This document shows, in pieces, positions 57,101-64,000 of a DNA stretch of 64,000 nucleotides (position 1 is the stretch's first letter; each line of letters begins with the position of its first letter). A model generated the notes under the pieces. The model was not told the origin of the DNA. It worked only from the letters and a program-made list of their open reading frames with translations, and ran no database searches. The translations under genes were made by a program, and so were the position numbers. The stretch lies in NCBI GenBank assembly GCA_051362555.1, contig CM120640.1, positions 46,416,788 to 46,480,787 on the forward strand, given 5' to 3'. The stretch is from Lingula anatina (taxonomy: Eukaryota; Animalia; Brachiopoda).

Positions 57101-58820
57101 TATTAAACTACAAAAACCATAACAGTGAATACACTTTCATCTAATGTTACATTGATATAAACTTAAGTTGATTATTTTAATTCAATAAGTTGGGATAGGT
57201 AAATTTCACTCACTCTTTTCCTTCCATATCTTGCAAAGTGGCACTTCTCCCACTGATTACCAGGATCCCTGAATGGGTCATAGGTAAATACAATAATATA
57301 AAAACTTCAAGATGCTTGTTTATCTAGCCCATGGGTAATTTGATTTGCTAACATACCTAAAAGCAACTTTCAAGTTAAAATGGAGATTAACATACAATTA
57401 GGGGTCAGGTGTGTGAAACTAATTTAACCTTTACAGGTTATAGTGCAGTAAAATACCTACCATCTCCTTCCCATGTCTTGTGCTAAAAAGAAAATAAATG
57501 CCTGTTATAAGTAATACAAATTTATACCTTGCAAAAAATGATTATGAATTGTAAACAGCAAGGTAATTACACACTTTTATTTAGTATTAAAACACAAACT
57601 GAAATAGCATTTATAACACACCTGAACAAATTTGAATATGAATTTAGAAATAGCCCAACTCCAAAAATAATATTTGCATTGTTACTCTTTTTTTTTTTTT
57701 AGCAAATATCACTTTGTTACCTTTTTCTTGGTTAGTTTGGCCCACATGACAGTGAAATATTGCTTTAGTGGTTCACCTCCCTCTACCTTTGCTAAAATAT
57801 ACGTGTAAGGCAAAGATGTATGGGTATTAAAAGATGCTTTAGGTCAATTTTAAAACAAAGGACAATTTAAAAAACACAGAAAAGTTGAATGCATTGTCTA
57901 CTGCAAAGTTTAAAAAAATGAGAAAACTAAGTTAGCTATCAATAAGACATTCATCTGCAAATTCTGACAAGTCTACCAAATCAAATATCCTTACACTTGA
58001 CAATTGAAGCAGGAGAGAGGAATCTACCAGAACTACCAGTTGATTGGGAGGATGTAGAATCTGACCGTCTTGACGGAGAACTTGATGAAGATTCTTGTGG
58101 TCCACATGAACTATTTTGTCTGTCTTGACGTGGCACAGATTTAAAAACAGAATTCTTCAAAGATCTAAGATCTTCAACATCTTCTTCGTTTATTGAACCT
58201 CGCAATGATTGAGCTGTACTTGGAAAGGTTGTATCCTGTTTCAAGTCTGATACATTCCCTGATTCTGGAGTTATAGTATGTGAGGCTTCATCTACCCCAG
58301 GTTTTGCACCAGTCCAAGTTGACAGCTGAACAAGTCTCAAAGCACGACTTTGTAGAGGGGTACATCTCATGTCTGTATTGTCAGATGTCTCTTCCCTTAT
58401 ATTTGCATGATTATGAAGAGTGACGACCCCCACACCATGACCTTTGTTTATTGCTTTGGATGACACACCTGAGAGGGAGGGATTTTGTGGTTTTGTGAAA
58501 TTCTGATCCTGTAACATTAAAGGCAGGTTTATGGAAAATTAGATCTATCAATAGCAAAATCCACAAAATGTTATGAAGGAGTAAATCTGAAAACTATCAA
58601 ATTCATTTATCATTTACAAACTGCTGTAAAATTTGTAGAAAAGACTAAAATGGATATCCTGAGTGTTTAAGTTTTTACATGTAGCTACCAACTGTTTTAT
58701 ACTTCAACTATATACATTATTGTTGCTTGAGGTATTTTCAGTCCCTGGAGTGGCCAGAAATGGTGGCTTGAACCTCTTCTTGGCAGCCCCTTGTTGACTG
58801 GGTGCAGCTGATCTTTTCAT
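45106..58820 (-). CDS. RAD54B: DNA repair and recombination protein RAD54B (SNF2-family translocase)
   Basis: Exons 58716-58820, 57995-58508, 57721-57791, 57461-57482, 57214-57268, 56865-56952, 56597-56702, 56389-56438, 55628-55723, 55177-55331, 54851-54898, 54566-54647, 54263-54343, 53955-54101, 53642-53753, 48093-48272, 47644-47861, 47249-47407, 46825-46951, 46469-46575, 46151-46216, 45720-45986, 45471-45527, 45106-45216. MKRSAAPSQ start, [17 protein letters not shown] (RAD54B/Rdh54 N-domain), [62 protein letters not shown]. Confidence 0.96.
49718..50210 (+). mobile_element. 3' fragment of an L2/Crack-type LINE
   Basis: Translates to [39 protein letters not shown] and later [10 protein letters not shown], resembling the post-RT C-terminus of CR1-group ORF2; AATAAA near 50203. 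Confidence 0.6.
51378..51975 (-). mobile_element. 3' fragment of an L2/Crack-type LINE
   Basis: Minus strand: [48 protein letters not shown], then a CAACCC/GGGTTG stem, AATAAA and a (TTA)n tail. Confidence 0.8.
55801..56128. mobile_element. TTAA-flanked MITE family B, copy 2
   Basis: Closely matches 38045-38381 in the same orientation; TTAA at 55797-800 and 56129-32; left TIR slightly mutated. Confidence 0.85.
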
Positions 58821-61384
58821 CTTGAAATACTTTCACAGAAAAATTAAGTTTACTGCACATCTGTAAGCTAAAGGCTGCAAAGTTCACCTGCAAGAATTGA
58901 GAAAAAGAAGTAAGTGCATAGCATGAAATACAATTAATTTACACCCTAAATTGCCTTGCTTACTTATATTTCGACCAAGGTGCAACTACAATACTATGAG
59001 CACAATGTTACCAATGAAGATACTTAAACGAGTTTTTTTCCCCTTGGCATTGCCACTGATGTTTACTAAATTATTTGGTTGATTACGCGTAATGCATCTT
59101 CAGACACCGGTGTTACAAAAATTCTAAATTGTATGCTTAAAACATTAATTACACTGTACATCAAACGTCTTTTCATCTCTGTGATAGAGCGAACCCCCAC
59201 TCACCATTGGACCGGTGGAATCTTACCTCTGTTTGTGAGAACGGTTCAACCCGTTATAATAATCTCAAAGTTGAGGTTAATATCATTTTTTCTCTCAAGT
59301 CTCTGATCTCATTTAAAAGTAAGGATCTATATCAGTCCCTTAGAAACTAAACTCTCCAGGCGGAAGACCATAGATTTGTAAATACACAAGGTCTACGACA
59401 GCTTCCTAAAATTTCTAATGTGGCGCCCCAAGACAAGACATCGCCAAGATAGCACCACATTTATATGGTGGCGCCCCCAGTCGCCCTCTCGACCACTTGG
59501 CTTTGAAGAGAAGGCCCCTTATTTGATTTCATATCGCAAACAAAATTAAAAAAAGTTTGCTTTGGATCTAATTATCAAGGACTTCTCTTACTGGCTAAAA
59601 TGGGCTTTGTTGGTTTTAAAAAACGTTAAATACCTTACCGCACCAGAGATTTTCAGAGGATTTTGATTAAAAAATGGCCTAGACAGTTAAGGGCCTGTGA
59701 GCGTCTGATCAGAATTTCCCAAAGTCATTAGTCTACATGTTTTATATATCTAAATACACCGCAAATCTAATTATCATTTCCCAATTCCTTAAAAATATTA
59801 AGATCCCTCAAATGAAATTGCTCTTATTCTCGAGGACTAATTCGATTTTGCGCGAATATAGCTGGGGCAGGATATATATGCCTTTAAGCATTTTTCATTA
59901 CATCCTAAACAATTTTCTGGTACTGTCAGCCGATTATTCTGTCGAGTTCCATTCACCAAATTACAGTGAATTAACTGTTTTATGACCTAATATTTTTGGC
60001 TCAAACAGGCCTACAATATTTTTATCCAATGAGCTCGTTAGCGTGTCCGGATATGCGATCAGGCAAGTAAACCGGGATTGAAAAACTATGAAAATCTCGT
60101 AAAAGTCACTTGTTATTTATGCATGTAAAGAGACGCTGAGGCAACCAAGTAGGCTATTTCAATAAATAGGAACATTAACCAATTAGTCATTTAATTAATT
60201 AAATAGTTATTAAATAAATATTAAGAATAAAATACTTTAAAAGGAGGGCCGTTGCATACAGGGTGTAACTGTCGGGTGGAAGGATGGGGGAAGCTCAGTA
60301 AGTAGGTCTACAGCTCGTGCACCCCCTTTCGCTCTCCGACTCACATATTCGATTCCCCCCAACCACCTGGAAAAAAAAGCTTTAACCTTCTCTCGCTTTG
60401 AGTATCTTTTATTTTGTTATGTCTTATCATAAACTTTTCTATCGTTTTATTTTTTGGTAATTGCATGCAATCGGGCCAAGCGACTTAGAGGCATGGCAGC
60501 CCGTACCAACTGTCACAGCACAAACCAGAAAAATGAAATGAAATCCATGCAGATAATATTGCTTTTCGGGTATCTTCTCGGTAAAATATTGTTCAAAGGC
60601 CATACACACTATTTTCAGTTTTGTAGAGCCCCAATCTTCAATTTTATGTTATAAAAGATTTGGAGTTTTACTCATTCGATTTCACATTGTAATACCCATA
60701 GACCACGTTCCATATTTGTCTTTCCTGGCAGAACAGAGGAATTTAAGTTCACTGGAAAGAGGCCATGGTAATAATAATACAAATTTGGACCTACTGAGTG
60801 AGTTAACTTGAATAAACCCTTACCAATCCTGTTAGGCGTCACCCAAATAAGATATATTCTCTAAAGATGGGAGTGTTAAATGCCAAAGGCTATAAATATT
60901 TCAGTTCTCTACATATTTGTTTGTCTCGGATTGATTATATTTCGTCTGTAGGCTATTAACATTATGGAATTTGAGGACTGGACGCATAGAAAATAACGAT
61001 TAATATAATCATCAATTCTTTGATAATCCCCTAGGCTAGTTACTTAAGTTCGACAAGCTCGACATTGGTATCAAATAGAATGACCATGACGTGCATGATT
61101 TGACAGTTTCCAGTTTGTCAGGTATATTTGATATACTAAAATCATTATGTTGTAAGTGCGTCGACAAATGACATTACAATCTAAAGGCAAGGGTAGTTGC
61201 TGTGTTTCTTGAAATGGGATGCTGACTAGAAATAATGGTTAACTATGGTAATATATTTCAGTTCTCTTTTTTTGTCTGGATGTGGGCGCGTGTGTGACAA
61301 GTAAATGACAGAGAATATTAGGAGAAAAGAAAGCAAAAAGAAAATTAGGACACTTAGGTTACTGTAGTATTTAAATCAAAAGTA

Positions 61385-61675
61385 TACTAAGCATCATTCC
61401 CTCTTACTAGGCGTTACACTAGCGACTTGCAAGATCGATTAAATCATTTAAATGTGTATTTGTCATTCTCTGAAGAGCTGAGGTGTCGCGAAGTTTGCAA
61501 AACCTGGTATTGCAGCGGTCAGTTTATTAACAAAACTGTTTACCAGCCGGGGTACGAAGTAGATGCTTATCTTTTACTTGGGGTTCTTATCCGCGTGAAT
61601 TAATTTATTTGTATTTCTGCGATTATTCAATGCCTCCCATTCAAGCCGGCCCAAGTAGTTCTCTGTACGGATGAT
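61385..61675 (-). mobile_element. Highly degraded LINE 3' remnant
   Basis: LGRLEWEALNNRRNTNKL resembles the L.W.SL..RR...RL motif downstream of non-LTR RT domains; boundaries uncertain. Confidence 0.3.
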
Positions 61676-63305
61676 TGGCTCAAGGTTGAAATAGGTTTTG
61701 ATCCCTCGAGGTAATAGCACGTCCTGTTTAGAGTAAGGTAAACAACGAGCTATACAGAGAAGCTGGAAATAACCTACTCCGGACCTCATTTGATTTCTGC
61801 AAAAGAAGTAGGGTGCCTGAAGGCTCTTCATGCTCGCTGCTGCAGGTTGAGTAAGTTGAAGTAATTTTTGTAATTATTTAATTTTTTGATGGGTGAGGTT
61901 ATCTTCAAGTGATTAATCTAGTGAGAGCTCCGCCGGCTACATCAAACTTTCTTAACAGGTACCCGGCCGGTAACATTTATATTCATGTTACATTAAGTTT
62001 TGTTACGTGGCTTTGGGATAAACTTGTCTGAAACATTAACCTATAACAAGAGGTAAAAATGTGCAGTTTTTCCTGTCAATTGAGAAAACATCAAAATTTA
62101 CAAGATTATTTGTTATTAAATTGATGTAAACCGGGACCAAGGGCTGGGGTAACGCTGGGATATGGAGGGGGTAGGGCTTCAGTGACACAATAACATTATT
62201 TCTTTTCATACAGCCATTTTACATTTTAATGATATTTGAAGACGATATTTCTCCACTGGTAAAAAGCAAATTTATGCTGTTGCAGAACGTGCTTAACTTT
62301 GTAAACTCTTCACCCCAAGTGCGTGGCCTGTATGGTCATAAACCTTACAGACTTGGCATTTCTTTCTTTTTCTCTTCCAAGACTTGAAATAATTGAGGCA
62401 ACCAAACGTTGTCCCATCTGATACCATAACTTAAGTGTTTGTGATATAAAATGCTCTCAGCGGTAAAATATACTCATATACTCATTTTCTTTTAGATTAC
62501 TTTTCATGCTGTCCTTGTTAATAAATATGCTGCAGTAAGAAAGTGATCACGTTCTTAATGATTTAGCTAATCAGTAGAATCTGAAAAAGTGTTTTTCATT
62601 AATCACGCTTAAATTACGTCTCATTATGCTCAACTATGAGATCTAACAGGCCCCCGATAAAACAATCTTAAATCAATTAACAGCTGAACGTGAAGATTCT
62701 TAATCTGGGTACGTGGGACTAAGGCATAACATAGCGTCAAGCACGTTCTACTGCACATTGTTTCTATTACCGCGAATAACCCACTTGTATGCTATACGGA
62801 AACATTGTCACCTTAAAACTGTTGATCTTACCAGTAAATCTTTGACAGTGTGATTGTGAACTTCGAAGGCCAGTCTAAGAACATTCGTCCTGTCCTGTTT
62901 TTAAATTAAACAGTTACACCTCCGTTTGGCTTAGACATAATAACAAAACAGATGTCCTTTGTTGACTACCACTAACTTAGCGGCATATGAATACAGTTCA
63001 CCTCTGGTGCATTTATGATATTGCCCGAATGCTGCTCGTTTGTAGCCAACTGGACTGTTATAGTCGAAGCCGCTGTAATTGGTACACATGCACTGGACCA
63101 TATAGTTTTCAGGACTCTATTTTTTAGAATACACCTTGTTCCAGGTCTTTCTTTTTGCTGTTGTATGTTTACTTAAAAAATATTTGCTTTAATGTACCAT
63201 CTGTGTACTCCTTTCTCGTCTTATTGTTACACTTATTTATATCAGTCGGAATTATTTCATAACTCAATTACCTTTCAGGCCAATTCAATTAAGACTGGGG
63301 TAATC

Positions 63306-63978
63306 ATGCACGCAACGAGCTTGCTGTTCCTGACATTTTTCATTCTGCAGCAAGAGAGCTTTTGTCAAGATGTCGAAATTGTTCACGAGTAAGTCCCCGT
63401 CCCCTCTCTTTGTATCTTATAATTCTATGAATCTTTTTCGGTTTATTTGCAGCATTCAAGAAAGGTAGTTCAATGTATGGTCTTCATCTTATAAAAAACT
63501 TATAACCCATGTATTCGAAAAGAAATGACATTAATTTTTAAGTTTACTCGTAGAAATATGATGAATGAGTTTTAATCAGGAAATCATTTTGTACAGCCTT
63601 GAATATTGATTTGATGTCTATCTCATTGCATTTCTAGCTCTGCTGCTGAGCGTTTTCTGGAAGATCTCGCCAAAAAGTCGTACAACAAAAGAATTCGACC
63701 TAATGTACATTCAGGTATCTGTGTTAAAATTGTAAATTGACTTTCTGCTTTTGATCATTAAATGTATTTTATTAATTTTAAATGTGCCGTTGAAGCTTCT
63801 GAATCCTACGCAAATTGTAACAATGTCGAGATGAAATAATTGATATCAAGCAATTTACAATGAATTTATTTTCATGAATAAGTTCATTCTTAGTTTTTCG
63901 CCTCTAATAGATGATCCCGTGAACATATCTATTGCACTTTATATCAACACGATCAGTGACGTCAATGATGCAAATATG
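63306..63978 (+). CDS. Cys-loop ligand-gated ion channel subunit (glycine/GABA/GluCl-receptor-like), first three coding exons, continues beyond the window
   Basis: Exons 63306-63388, 63638-63714, 63911-63978 splice to MHATSLLFLTFFILQQESFC-QDVEIVHDSAAERFLEDLAKKSYNKRIRPNVHSDDPVNISIALYINTISDVNDANM: signal peptide followed by the Y.KRIRP..PVNI...YINTI..V...NM pattern of anion-type Cys-loop receptors. Confidence 0.85.
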
Positions 63979-64000
63979 GTAGGTAAATTCCCTTAACTTG

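Noticed and set aside
59369-59397. CATAGA...TCTACG short inverted repeat near the RAD54B promoter as another P footprint
   Set aside because: The arms are degenerate and the flanks are not duplicated.
60286-60368. tRNA-like A box (AGCTCAGTAAGTAG) and B box (TTCGATTCC)
   Set aside because: D, anticodon and T stems do not pair; at most a very decayed SINE head.
63715-63724. GTATCT donor as a U12-type intron
   Set aside because: It lacks the GTATCCTT consensus and there is no TCCTTAAC branch site before the acceptor.

Overview
AT-rich, intron-dense eukaryotic (animal) DNA; the repeat families suggest an invertebrate such as a lophotrochozoan, but the species cannot be fixed from sequence alone. 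Seven spliced genes alternate strictly in strand: MED25 (+, 5'-truncated), UMPS (-), an uncharacterised ~456-aa protein with a hydrophobic C-terminal domain (+), mitochondrial release factor MTRF1L-like (-), CPSF3 (+), RAD54B (-) and the first exons of a Cys-loop ligand-gated ion channel (+). Introns carry nested transposons: a dead Tc1 interrupted by a long-TIR element holding a RecQ-type helicase fragment (AcademH-like), a HINE/Helentron-type element split by a hAT-like element with a 6-bp TSD, a 5.1-kb TTAA-flanked Kolobok-like relic with two LINE tails inside, several MITEs and an LTR remnant. The most notable signals are a P-element-style excision footprint in the MTRF1L/CPSF3 bidirectional promoter, a strand-biased TGCATG (Rbfox) cluster around frame-preserving MED25 exons, a tandem-duplicated in-frame splice acceptor in CPSF3, and a stem that pairs the branch point of a cryptic exon in the unknown gene. 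All gene models were read by eye (splice signals plus phase consistency) and have no transcript support.
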